A stretch of 64,000 nucleotides of DNA, taken from Octopus sinensis. Taxonomy: Eukaryota. Made by a program: the position numbers and the translations under genes. The notes beneath the pieces were generated by a model, which did no database searches, had not been told where the DNA came from, and saw only the letters and a program-made list of their open reading frames with translations. Below are positions 1 through 12,640 of this stretch, in pieces; the stretch's first letter is position 1; every line of letters begins with the position of its first letter. The DNA lies in contig NC_043005.1 of the NCBI RefSeq assembly GCF_006345805.1, forward strand, positions 744,001 through 808,000, in the 5' to 3' direction.

Positions 1-513
1 AGGGCCCTCTCGTTCATGCGCGAAGCACCGGAAGAAGAACCCTATTGCCTACGTAGCAGTTAGCAAGGCAAGGGGCCGTAGAACGTTTGACCACTAGCAG
101 CAGCAAGCGGCGACTTGGGACCCAGCGATTGAAGGCGGCGGTCACGCATATATTCTCTCCGGTTGATAGCAGCAGTCGGCCGAAATGCCTTTAACCAAAT
201 TGTTGCCGACCACATTTCAACTTCCCTGTTCGACGCCATCTTGAATCCGTTTCTGTTTTTGGGCTGGACATTGTAAATATTACAATCTATTAACTTATAG
301 CGGTGCGCGCCCAGAATCAAGGACATCAGATAACACGCTTATTGTTATTGTTACCAAGAAAGAGAATAAAGTAGTTATATACATTTCACGTCTGCGTCTT
401 GTTGTTTCTGACTTGTAGAGAATCTGGATTATTAAAGCAACGGCTAGTGAGAGTGATTGCTTTGTGCACCCCAAAAGTGCACGAGGATATTCGCTCACGT
501 TAAGTTCGTTACA
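1..513 (+). mobile_element. Probable 3' part of an LTR (solo or terminal) abutting the RTE LINE
   Basis: CpG-rich non-coding stretch with AATAAA at 365-370, ending in ...GTTACA at 513. RTE coding sequence (LINEKSEMEKVCEDFY) begins immediately after, with an in-frame stop at 501-503. The 5' end lies outside the window. Confidence 0.4.
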
Positions 514-2141
514 TACTGATCAACGAGAAGAGCGAGATGGAAAAGGTTTGTGAAGACTTCTACACCAAGCTCTTTAAGTCTACCAGAAATGTCCAGCCGT
601 TACCACCACTCCAACAGGAAGAATACGTGCCACCTATCCTTGTCAGTGAGGTTGAAAGAGCCATTGGCTCGATGAAAAACGGAAAGGCTCCAGGGAAAGA
701 CGGTATAACATCGGAGGTGCTAAAGTCAGGCAGAGAGCAGCTCTGGAAAATCCTCGCTGAGCGATTTGCGCACTATCTAGACGAGGGAAAAATTCCCTCG
801 CAGTGGAAAGAGTCAAATACCATCCTGCTGTATAAGAAGGGCGACAGAGAAGATCTAAAGAACTACCGACCCATATGCCTGCTGTCTCACGTGTACAAGC
901 TGTTCACGAAGATAATTCTGAACAGGTTGTCACGTCGTCTCGACGAACAACAACCGAGGGAACAAGCAGGCTTCCGGAAGAACTACAGCACGATGGACCA
1001 TATATTTACTCTAACGCAACTGCTTGAGCGAGCGAATGAGTACAAGCTGCCTCTTTGCGTTGCGTTTATAGATTATGAGAAGGCCTTCGATAGCGTCGAA
1101 ACCAATGCAGTGCTGAACTCGCTGCAGAGGCAAGGAATCGAAGCGCAATATGTGCAGCTGCTCAGAGAGGCAAATTCCGAACGCACCACCGACATAGCTC
1201 TACTCCATCACCCATACGAGTGCCGGTCGAGAAGGGAGTGAAGCAAGGAGATACAATCTCCCCAAAACTTTTCACTGCATTCTCGAACAGATCATCAGAG
1301 CATCGAATGGCAAGGTGGTGTCAACATCAATGGCGAGCTCCTCACTCACCTCCGTTTCGCTGACGACATCGTACTCATCGCTGAAACATGGATCAGCTTC
1401 AGACCATGCTGACGGAGCTCGACATCAAAAGCTCTGCAGTAGGTTTCAAGATGAACCGCATGAAAACAAAGTTCATGCGGTCAGACAATGTACCAACAGG
1501 TCGAATGGTGATCGGCAGTGACGAAATAGAGGAGGTGAGGGAATATGTCTACCTGGGACAGGAAGTAAATATGTGCCGAGATATCAAAAAGGAGATCTCA
1601 CGGAGAGTAAGGGCCGGATGGAAGGCGTTCAATGGCATAAGGGATGTGCTCAAGGGAAGGTTGGACAGGACCACCCGCGCCAACCTCATTAACAGTGCAG
1701 TTGTGCCTGCAATGTTATATGGTAGTGAAACATGGGCTACCACAAAGAGAGAAGAGCAAAGACTGGTAACGGCTCAAAGAGCCATGGACAGGTCAATGCT
1801 TGGTATCTCGTTGAGAGAGCACATAAGTAGCAAGATCATCAGAAAGAAGTCCGGCGTGAGAGATGTCATCGCAGAGTATACACGCAGCAAGTATAGATGG
1901 GCTGGACACGTCGCCCGGCTCACCGATAATCGGTGGACACACGCAGTTGTCGAGTGGTACCCGCGTGAGCGGAAAAGACCACCCGGAAGACCTTCACGAC
2001 GGTGGAGTGACGATTTCAGGAGGACGATTGGGATCACGTGGATGAGAAAGGCGCGATCCAGAGAGGAGTGGACAGCGTGCTGTGACCAGCGGTGTCAAAT
2101 GGACGCCTGACGGACTGGTCAGTCAAGGTGATCAAGGTGAT
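514..2141 (+). mobile_element. RTE-clade LINE, reverse transcriptase portion, frameshifted
   Basis: ORFs 537-1241 and 1388-2110 plus the linking frame give KAPGKDGI, NYRPICLL, EQAGFR, FIDYEKAFDSV, GVKQGDTISPKLF, LRFADDIVL, YVYLGQ, WAGHVAR and RPPGRP..RW. The short tandem tail (TCAAGGTGA)x2 at ~2123-2140 is typical of RTE elements. Confidence 0.93.
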
Positions 2142-2280
2142 ATATATCTTACATATATATATATACACACTTACACACAAACAACAAACTCAAGGGCTGA
2201 AAGTTTCATACATAGGCACTTATATATGTGTGTGTGTGTGCGTATGTGCACGCATGTATGTGTGTGTGCATGTACGTGCG

Positions 2281-2580
2281 GGTGCTTTTACGTGCCACTG
2301 GCACGAGGGCCAGTCAGGCGGTACTGACAACGGCCACGCTCAAATGGTGCTTTTTATGTGCCACCTGCACAGGAGCCAGTCCAGCGGTACTGGTAACGAC
2401 CTCGCTCGAATGTTTTTTTCACGTGCCACCGGCACAATTGCCAGTAGGGAGACACTGGTAACGATCACGCTCGAATGGTGCTTTTTACATGCCACCAGCA
2501 CGGAAGCCAGTCAGCTGCTCTGGCAGCGATCACGCTTGGAAGGCGCTCTTAGCGCTCCACTGGCACGGGTGCCAGTCATC
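2281..2580. repeat. ~65-bp tandem array (5 units) in the LINE 3' UTR
   Basis: Repeated GGTGCTTTTTACGTGCCACCGGCAC...GCCAGT..ACTGG..ACG..CACGCTCGAAT units. Confidence 0.85.
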
Positions 2581-3890
2581 GAATTTGCGAATTTGATTTC
2601 ATTTCGATTTCACTTGCCTCAACAGGTCTTCGCAGGCAGAGTTTAGTGCTCAATGAAAGAAAGGTACGCATAAGTGGGCTGGTTACACCCCTGTCATAGG
2701 CCACAGGTTAAGGTCTCACTTGGCTTGCCGGGTCTTCTCACGCACTACATATTTCCAAAGGTCTCGGTCACTAGTCATTGCCTCCGTGAGGCCTAATGTT
2801 CGAAGGTTGTGCTTCACCACCTCATCCCAGGTCTTCCTGGGTTTACCTCTTCCACAGGTTCCCTCAATCGCTAGGGTGTGGCACTTTTTCACACAGCTAT
2901 CCTCATCTATTCTCGCCATATGGCCATACCAGTGCAGTCGTCTCTCTTGCACACCACATCTGATGCTTCTTAGGTTCAACTTTTCTCTCAAGGTACTTAC
3001 ACTCAGTCGAGTATGCACACTGACATTACACATTCAGTGGAGCATACTGGCTTCATCCTTGCAAGCTTACCCATGTCCTCAGCAGTCCCAGCCCATGTTT
3101 CACTGCCATATAGCATGGCTGTTCGTACACATGTGTCATACAGCCTACCTTTTACCCTGAGGGAGAGGCTCTTTGTCACCAGCAGAGGTAAGAGCTCGCT
3201 GAGCATTTTCTACAGATTGAGCAGGGACATCTACCTGAAGGGATTTGTGGTTTGCCTGCCTTCCTACATATTAGGACTTTGATTTTAGCTAGGTTGTCTC
3301 TAATACCCTTCCATTTTAATCCTTGTTTTCACACCTGAAACTTTTCCTCTAGTTCTTATAGTGACTCAGCAATTAGAGCAAGGTCGTCAGCATAGAGGAG
3401 CTCCCAGGGGCATCCAGTCTTGAATTCCTCTGTTATTGCCAGGAGGACTATGATGAATAAGAGGGGGCTGAGGACTGAACCTTGGTGGACCCCTACCTCT
3501 ACCCGGAATTCTTCACTGTACTCGTTACCAACCCTCACCTTACCGACAGCGTCCCTGTACATGGCTTGCACAGCTCTCACTAACCATTCATCTATCCCTA
3601 GTTTCCTCATTAATCACCAGATAAGGGATCGAGGGACCCTGTCAAAGGCTTTCTCCATCTCAACGAAAGCCAGGTACAGAGGTTTATCTTCAGCTAGGTA
3701 TTTCTCCTGCAGCTGTCTTACCAGAAATATAGCATCAGTGGGGCTTTTCCTTGGCATGAACCCAAACTGCATCTCATCTAAACTGACTCTCTCCCTAATT
3801 AGCTGAGCTTTGACCCTCTCCGTGACCTTCATTACCTGATCCAACAACTTGATACCTCTGTAATTATTTGTATCTAAAGCGTCACCTTTA
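2281..3890 (-). mobile_element. Second RTE/RTE-X-like LINE, 5'-truncated and degenerate, with a repeat-containing 3' UTR
   Basis: Minus-strand ORF pieces: QFGFMP, FVEMEKAFDRVPR, GVHQGSVLSPLLF, LLYADDLAL, MLYGSETW, WYGHMAR, GRGKPRKTW. Stop at 2716; 3' UTR ~2715-2281. Confidence 0.9.
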
Positions 3891-4245
3891 TATATACATA
3901 TACATCATACACATATATATGGACAGATAATTTGATAAAACAAGAATAATAAAGCCAAACAAAATGTTATTTTTTTTAATTTAATTTATTTTTTGTTATA
4001 TATTTTTTTAATCAATATTGTTTTGTTTTCCAATAATTATCAACAACGTTTGTTTTTTATTTTCTCATTTACACAAACTCAGATTTAACATTTCAAAACT
4101 ATTTACTTTTTATCAAATGTTTTTCTTTACTAACTACAATAAAAAGACATAATTTATTATTATTATTATTTGTTAATTTACTTATTTATTCAAAAAATTT
4201 TGTATGTTGCCCCTATGATGGAATTTGGGTGGATTTACTCTAGGA

Positions 4246-4296
<51 letters not shown>

Positions 4297-5049
4297 CATT
4301 ATTATTATTATTATTATTATTATGTTAGTGGTTTTATTAATTTCCTTCTGATCACCATTGTCATTATCCTTATAAGATATGTAAATTTATTTTTATGATT
4401 ACAGTCACCACTTCACCCCACATTGTGATGACAGTGGGGCCACCGGTGTATGCCAAAGGCTCATCAATGTCTTTTATAAGGTAACATTATATCATCTGTT
4501 TCATTTCACCCTAGAACCAGTGGAATTGAAAGAAATAAGAATAAGAGCCTTATAACCAATTGGATCATTACTTTCAAATTGGTAGTCATGGTTGGATTTG
4601 ATTGCATCATTGCAACATGGCAAGGACTTCTCTGACATCAGTTCACATCAAATTAAAAGGGAAACTTTGAGAGTCAAATGTTTTGGGTCAATTATACGAC
4701 TCAGAACTTTAACCCCTTCATTCACAAGACCGATGCTTAATATAGTTGGTTGGCAGCCATTTCCAGAAGAAAGAGGATGTTTTAGCACATTGTTGGAGCT
4801 GTGATGTAAAACTGGACTCCCTTCCCACCCAGCCATGTAAACTGGGGTAAGCTCAGTGAAGTACCTTGCTCCAGACACAGCGCAGTGGTCAGAGTAAGGT
4901 TTGAACTCCTAACCCTGTGGTCAGGAGTTGACATCACAGTCAATGTTCTTCAGACAAACATAATTTTCTTGAATCATAACAAGCTAAGAGATATTTGTAC
5001 AAAGTAATTAAAAAAAAAAAAGATAATTAACCTGACCAGTGTATGTGAT

Positions 5050-5425
5050 TGTGTAACGAAAAGTACCCCAGCACCATACTGTTAATATGTTACAAAAATG
5101 TAGTGGACACATGATACAAGGGAAAAGAAAAAAAAAACTGACATCTGTTACGGTATAATAAAAAACCCAAACAACAAAATATTGTTATTGTCTGTAACAA
5201 AATGACTGATGCATGTTACTGTTTGTAGCAAAAACAAAACATTTACATGTTACTATGTAACACAACAAAAGTAGATACATTTTACTATGTGACAAAAAAG
5301 GATGATACAATTACATGTCAGCATGTAACAAAGGAAATGGCAGATGTATGTTACTGTAACATAACGTCGCAGAAGATTGTGGGAAAAAATGTAATACAGG
5401 AGTGGTACTGTGTAACAAAATACTA
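5050..5425. repeat. Degenerate ~32-36 bp minisatellite with a TGTTAC..GTAACA core
   Basis: About 10 recurrences of TGTTAC(N1-5)GTAACAAAA variants. Confidence 0.55.
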
Positions 5426-5521
5426 GTGTATACCTATAGTTATACAATATTTATATTGGTGTGAAATGATAGAGAACAGTGCATAGCCATATAGCAAAAG
5501 ACCAATTGATACAAGAATTAT

Positions 5522-5730
5522 TTCAAATTTTTGCCACAAGGGCAGCTTGGGAGAAGTGGGGATAAGTCGATTAGATTGACCCCAGTACACAACTGGTATT
5601 TATTTTATCGATCCCAAAAGAATGAAATGCAAAGTCGACCTTAGCAGAATCTGAACTCAGAACGTAGCAACGGGTGAAATACCGCTAAGTATTTCGTCCA
5701 GCGTGCTAACGATTCTGCCAGCTCACCACC

Positions 5731-5732
<2 letters not shown>
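5522..5732 (-). mobile_element. tRNA-derived SINE, family A
   Basis: Reverse complement starts AAGGTGGTGAGCTGGCAGAATCGTTAGCACG, with a B-box-like GAGTTCAGATTC. Matches the copies at 33377 and 46071. Confidence 0.85.
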
Positions 5733-5785
<53 letters not shown>

Positions 5786-5944
5786 TAATAATAATAATAA
5801 TAATAACAATAATAATAATAATAATAATAACAATAATAATAATAATAACAATAATAATAATAACAATAATAATAATAATAATAATAACAATAATAATAAT
5901 AACAATAATAATAATAATAATAATAAATAATAACAATAATAATA
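5733..5944. repeat. (AAT)n microsatellite
   Basis: Seen directly; explains the poly-N/I/L/Y ORFs. Confidence 0.98.
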
Positions 5945-6004
5945 TTGTACCACAGTGTCATTTTTGATGGCATGCACTGCTCTACTTAATAATAATAATA
6001 ATAA

Positions 6005-6210
6005 TCCTTTCTACTATAGACACAAAACCTGACATTTGGAGGAAGGGGCAAGTTAATTTCATCAACACCAGCACATCACTGGTACTTGTTTCATTGACAC
6101 TGAAAGGCAAAGTTGACCTCAGCAGGATTTGAACACAGAATGTAAAGAAGAATGAAATGTTGCTAAGCACTTCATCCAGTGTGCTAACAATTCTACAGCT
6201 CACCACCTTA
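6005..6210 (-). mobile_element. SINE family A, CpG-decayed copy
   Basis: GGCAAAGTTGACCTCAGCAGGATTTGAAC...GCTCACCACCTT, homologous to other family A copies. Confidence 0.75.
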
Positions 6211-6294
6211 ACTAATAATAACAATAATTATAATAATAATTATAATAATAATTATAATAATAATAATAATTATAATAATAATAATAATAATAAT

Positions 6295-6328
<34 letters not shown>

Positions 6329-6800
6329 GCTGAAAAACATTTGATAGGAAATTTTGATTATTTGGGGAAGGTGACAAAATTGAAGAGTTCAATTTTCATG
6401 AAATTATAACTCATAGGTGGCCTCTCCAAAACAGGCCTTTCCACAGACTCTCTGGGCCCAAGGAAGGGGAGACTGCTTTTAAGTTAGCAAAAATGTTGTT
6501 TTTGTTTATTACACCTTAATTAAGGAGTATTAGAAATAACAGTCAAATCTTCATCCTCAAATTTCATGCTACTACATTAAAAGGGAAGGACAAGATAAGG
6601 TTTTGTAGTGGTTGAGAAGGTCACTTCTCAACCACTTGGCCTCAGGTTCAGTCCTGTTGTATGGCACCTTAGGTAAGTATCTTCTACTATGGCCCCAGAA
6701 AGACAAAAACAATGTGAATGAATTTGATAGATGGAAACTGAAAGAAACCTGCTGTGTATAAACACATATATACATTTATACACACACATACATGGCAAGG

Positions 6801-6839
<39 letters not shown>

Positions 6840-6876
6840 CATACATATATGTGTGTGTGTGTATTTATATACATAC

Positions 6877-6910
<34 letters not shown>

Positions 6911-7014
6911 TTATATATTACGGAGATGTACTCGCATAGCAAGTAATTTGATCTGAGATTGTGTGCTGAAACGATCTTAAACGATATAACACCTTCCACG
7001 CTGCAATTGTATAT

Positions 7015-7054
7015 TTATATACATATATATATATATGTATATATATATATATTT

Positions 7055-7097
<43 letters not shown>

Positions 7098-7185
7098 TCA
7101 TATATATACATATATATATATATGTATATATATATTTATATATATACACACATATACACACACATAGATACATATGCATACACAC

Positions 7186-7217
<32 letters not shown>

Positions 7218-7420
7218 GTATATATCCATATGCACATAGATAGATATACATACATACATATATATATATACACATATATACACATATACATATTCATATG
7301 TATAAATGTGTGTGTGTGTTTGCATGTGTGTGAGTGCATGTTTGTGTGTGTGTGTGTGTATGTGTGTGTGTGTGTGCGTGTGTGTATGTGTGTGTGTGTG
7401 TGTGCGTGTGTGTGTGTGAG
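7015..7420. repeat. (TA)n/(CA)n/(TG)n compound microsatellite
   Basis: Seen directly. Confidence 0.95.
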
Positions 7421-7694
7421 TCTCCTTGTCTTGATATCCTGTGATATTTACAAACAAGTGTCACCATGACAGAAACGGTGTTCATTATTTCCAGTCTTCC
7501 ATGAAAACATGTCTGGCCACGACAAATATTACTCTGCTTGGAAATAGGCGAGGCTTGGTGACAGGAAGAGCATCCAGCCATAGAAAATCAGCCTGAATAT
7601 GGAAAAGTGAATATTGAAGTAGTGATGACGATGATGGTGATGCTGATGGTGTTAATGACAACGATGATGACAACAACGACGACAACGACGATGC

Positions 7695-7728
<34 letters not shown>

Positions 7729-8023
7729 CTATCTGAGGGGGAAAAACTGAAGACTGATCACAATTGAAACCCCATTCAGTCACAGGCCTGCTTGATTAAG
7801 ATTGACCTGTGACTAAATGATAACAACAAAAGCAAGCTACATAATGATGCCTATTGACAGCCAGTCTTACTGAGCCAGTGAGAACTAAATGTCTAGCTAG
7901 GTCCTACAGACACAGCGCAAGGCCGGCAATGAGGGATGAGCTGTAATATTTTCAAACTCCCCACCCCCACCTTCCCAGATACAAGATAAGGGGACAAAGT
8001 CAAGTTTACAGATGCTGTGTCAT

Positions 8024-8059
<36 letters not shown>

Positions 8060-8313
8060 GCTCATCAGTCAATGAAGATAAAGATATTACTGAGAGAAAA
8101 AATATAAGTAAAATAAAATGGCTGAGAACTATGTTGCGTATTGATGTAAAAGAAAAACAAATGAGGTTTACAGATATAACGAAGACAAATTGTGGAGTAA
8201 ATTAGAGGAAAAATATTAATTAATATTGAATTATTTTCAGTTTATAACTGAGACTCAGTGTGTGTGTGTGTGTGTGGCATATACATGTGTCATGTGTATA
8301 TGTGTGCCTATAC

Positions 8314-8349
<36 letters not shown>

Positions 8350-8355
8350 GCATGC

Positions 8356-8392
<37 letters not shown>

Positions 8393-8395
<3 letters not shown>

Positions 8396-8830
8396 AATAT
8401 TAGGGAATAAATCCAAACTTACAGGGAAAAATCAGATTTAGGATTGAATCCAATTTTATAGGAAAATATTATATTATATTAAATTAGAGACAAAACCACT
8501 ATTAGGCAAATCATACAATGAAAAACTTAAGCCAATACATATGATTAATTTATATTATTTAAATATGTAACAAAATTATTAAAAAAATATAATCAATATC
8601 ACACTACGATCGTTCTCGCCAAGAAATATATTTAAACCACCTGATGAATGACTGCGACTCAAAAATTTGAAGACAGCAGGCATGAAACGATCGTAGTGTG
8701 ATATTAATTATATTTTTTTAATAATTTTGTTACATATTTAAATAATATAAATTAATCATATGTATTGACTTAAGTCTTTCATTGTTTGATTTGCCTAATA
8801 GTGGTTTTGTCTCTAATTTAATATAATATA
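8393..8830. mobile_element. Non-autonomous Penelope-like element: inverted-repeat insertion in (TA)n carrying a hammerhead motif
   Basis: 8470-8614 is a near-perfect reverse complement of 8686-8830. The hammerhead lies in and overlaps the spacer, and both flanks are (TA)n. Confidence 0.75.
8638..8698 (+). ncRNA. Type I hammerhead ribozyme
   Basis: CAC-CTGATGA(8641-8647)-ATGACTGC...GCAGGCAT (stem II, 1 mismatch)-GAAAC(8684-8688)-GATC-GTA-GTG. The core is intact, stem III ACGATCGT is palindromic, and stem I is CAC/GTG. Confidence 0.8.
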
Positions 8831-8893
8831 TATATATATATACACACACAGAGGCATGCATATATATATTTCTTTCAAGCATACAAGCACTTG

Positions 8894-8963
<70 letters not shown>

Positions 8964-9085
8964 TATATATATAATTGAAAGTTCTTGTGATTACTAAGTG
9001 AGAAGAGATTTTAATAAATTCCAAAATATGAGAGAAAAATAACAAGTTGCCCATCACAAGAATACGACTCAATGATAACAATAAT

Positions 9086-9305
9086 GTTTTTCTACTATAG
9101 GCACAAGGCCTGAAATTTTAGGGTAGCAAGGGTCCTAGCTGATTGCATTGACCCTTGTGTGACTGGTACTTATTTCATTGACCTCAAAAGGATGAAAAAG
9201 GCAAAGTAGACCTAGGTAGAATTTGAACTCAGAATGTAAAGACAGACAAAATAGTAGGAAAGCATTTTGCCCAGTGTGCTAGCGATTCTGCCAGTTCGCT
9301 GCCTT
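9086..9305 (-). mobile_element. SINE family A
   Basis: GGCACAAGGCCTGAAATTTT...GAATTTGAACTCAGAA...TTCTGCCAGTTCGCTGCCTT. Confidence 0.8.
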
Positions 9306-10287
9306 AGTTGAAAGGAATATTGGCCAGCATTTTCTCCAATATACAAATGATTCTGTCATTTAATAATAATAACAATAATAATAATAATAATAATAATGTA
9401 TTTAAATTAAACAAAGCAACAATAAATGAAATGGAAAGTTTAAAATTATGATACATTTTAAATACAGATATTTTGAAGTTTCCCCCAAATTCCAGTGAAA
9501 TCACCATTATCACCAGGCATTGGAAAAAAAGAGAAATCTATTGAATGTTCCATTATATTTTATTCTTTACCACACACACACACACACACACACACTTATC
9601 TTCTCACATTCCACACAGAAAGAGAAAAAGAAGAAAAAGTAATGCTAACAACAACAACGACAATAACAGTAATAATAATAATAATAATAATAACAATAAT
9701 AATAATAATAGTAATAATAATAATGATAATAATAATAATAATAATAATAATGATAATAATAATAATAATAACAACAACAACAATAATAATGATTTCTTAA
9801 TTTACCCAAAGGCTAAATATTTATGGGGATAAAGTGTCAATTTATTCAATGACCGGTACCTGTATATTTTTTGTTTCCAATCACAGAAGAGATTGCAGTA
9901 AAGGGCTCATGAACTAAATACCACAAGGTATGACCTTCTATCATTCAAACATAAATCACTGCGACTTTTTAACAATAATATTATCGATTATTTTAATAAG
10001 GAATGTCCCCCACAGCATTATCCTCCTCCTCCTCCTCCTCTTCCGCCTCCTCTTCCGCCTCCTCATCACCAACATCACCACTACTAGTGCAGCTGCCATC
10101 ATCATCATCATCATTATCATCATAGGAAAGAATTTTATGATGTTCTAGGAGAGAAAACATGTTTTTTTTTTTATGATATTCTGACCCCAGAGGAATGAAA
10201 AGCTAAGTCAGCCTTGGTGGGATTTGAACTCAGAACATAGGGTCTAATGATTCTGCCAGCTTCCTACCTTCTTCTTCCTAATGATAA

Positions 10288-10492
10288 TCCTTTCTACGAA
10301 AGGCACAAGGCCTGAAATTTGAGGGAGGGGACTAGTTGATTACATTGACCCCAGTGCATAACTGGTACATATTTCATCGACCCCGAAAGGATGAAAGGCA
10401 AAGTCAACCACAGAGGAATTTGAACTCAGAATGCTGAGACAGATGAAATGACACGAAGCATTTTGTCTAGCATGCTAATGATTCAGTGCCTT
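10288..10492 (-). mobile_element. SINE family A
   Basis: Same diagnostic blocks (CCCCGAAAGGATGAAAGGCAAAGTC, ATTTGAACTCAGAA). Confidence 0.8.
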
Positions 10493-10495
10493 AGC

Positions 10496-10544
<49 letters not shown>

Positions 10545-11434
10545 TCTTATATTGGTAGAGTTATATATGCAGAAGGCTAGAATTTATCCAACGCCATGGG
10601 AAGTATGGTGTAAATGACAACTCCATTCTTGGAATTTTATTTTATCAACCTCAGAGCAAGGAAAGGCAAAGTGACTATGAAGGGATGTGACAGCCACAAG
10701 TTACTTGTTCTGTCGTTTCTTCCCTTCAGTTTGCTAAAAATGATAACAGATATGGGTCCAAGGTCACGACGTGGGGCAATGAATGTCACAGACATCAACC
10801 CATCCTTAGTTGTTAACCTTGGAAAGATGAAAGGCAAAATGGGCCCTAGACAGACTTGAAGATAGTCTGTAGAGAGGGACCTAAGTAAATATCACAAGGC
10901 ATTTCCTCCACTGCTCTACTGATTCCATTATCTTACAACAACATCAACAACAACAACAACGGTTTCTAACATCAACACAAGGCCACAAATTTATAAGGGA
11001 CAAGCGCATAGTTGAAGAAATTGACCCTTAGCATATTATAAACTTAACAATCTGATGATGACGATTTTTTACTCAGGAATGTTAGAGACTTATAGAGGAG
11101 GGGGGGAGGAGAGATTTTATGGCATTCATACTTTTCCATATAAAGGGAGGCCACTCTAACTGGGCTCTGAAACTTTTTTTTTATTTGTTTCACTAATTAC
11201 AACCTGGAACCACCTGAAAATGATATTAATAATTGTAATAATAATGAAGCTCTGTAATTTTGTATGTTGAGGAAGCAGGGGAACATGAAATTGCCTAAAA
11301 TTCTCTAGAACCAGGTGGAATGGAAAATAAAGCCAAATATAGCAAGATTTCAAGTCACAACAATGCAGTCATTGAAACAAGAACAATTATTATTATTATT
11401 ATTATTGTAATTATTATTATTATTATTATTATTA

Positions 11435-11471
<37 letters not shown>

Positions 11472-12019
11472 CATTATTGTTATTATTATTATTGTTATTA
11501 TTACTGCATGTTCGTTATTATTCAGGCAAACAAATATCTACATTAAATCGGCAAGGGAACAAGGAGAGCTAAAGTATGGAAGACTTTAAGTGACATTTCT
11601 ATAATTTGGCTAAATAGAAAAAAAAAAATAATAATAATAAATAAAAGTCTGAGTGTGGACATTGTAAATATAAGAAGTATTGGTTGGAATGTTGAAGAAT
11701 ACCCAGTTTCAAAACACATATATAAAGTGGGGTAAATAGTTAAGAGAATTGATCCCAGTGTATTACTGGTACTTATTTTATCAACTTTGGCAGGAAGAAA
11801 AGCAAAGAGTAACTCAGTGCTATTCGAATTGAGAAAAATGGTGCCAAAATTTGAAGAATCTAAAACATCCATTTGTAATTCCCTTGTTTGGACCAATTTG
11901 AGTTAATCCAATCTGAGTCTTTTTATTGTACACACTTATTAATACAATAACGCAATCATGATAAAATATCTTGTTACACATTATTATTTAGTGAATTTAA
12001 CATCCATGGACTCGTTTTG

Positions 12020-12135
12020 ATGCTCAGAATTGCTGAAGCATGGAATAGACTACCTGCATCAGTTGTTAACTGTCCGGACACAACATCCTTCAAAGCTTCC
12101 GTGCTTCCTGAAATTCACCAAAACTACATCTGAGG
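12020..12135 (+). mobile_element. CR1-like LINE 3' coding fragment
   Basis: Encodes LRIAEAWNRLPASVVNCPDTTSFK, homologous to 41283-41395. Confidence 0.7.
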
Positions 12136-12317
12136 TTCTTGTTTTGTGACTGACTCCCTCTTCCTGTCTCTGTACATTATTCGATGTGCATTGCACCTTT
12201 TCCCTACCTTTTCTGATGAGATGCATTATATTCTCCCTGAAACATACAAATCAGTTGCACTTTTTGTCTATATAATAGAGTCAGATATATCTTATTATAC
12301 ACTTACCAATATATAGT

Positions 12318-12640
12318 CATTGTCATCATCATCGTCAATTAATGCCCGTTTTCCCTACTGGCAGAGGATGGACAGTTTGACTGAGGTCTGGAGAGCCAGA
12401 AGGCTGCACCAGTTTGATCTGGCAGTGTTTCTACAGTTGGATGCCCTTCCTAATGCCAACCACTCTGAGAGTGTAGTGGGTGCTTTTTACATGCCACTGG
12501 TACAGGAGCCAGTCAGGCGTCACTGGCATTGTTCATGATTGGTTGGTGCTTTTTACGTGCCACTGGCATCAGAGCCAGTAAGGCAAGCCAGGCAACAACA
12601 ACATTCAGAGATGCTTTTTATGTGCCACCAGCACAGAGGC
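12318..12640 (-). mobile_element. 3' end of the RTE-like family seen at 2281-3890
   Basis: (CAT)n tail, GGATGCCCTTCCTAATGCCAAC block and three GGTGCTTTTTACGTGCCAC units. Confidence 0.75.

Noticed and set aside
2281-2580. CRISPR-like appearance (palindromic repeats with variable intervening sequence)
   Set aside because: The intervening segments are homologous to each other, the context is a eukaryotic LINE 3' UTR, and there are no cas genes.
12212-12250. CTGATGA...GAAAC as a further hammerhead
   Set aside because: The intervening sequence forms no stem II and no convincing stems I/III; it lies in a CR1 3' region.
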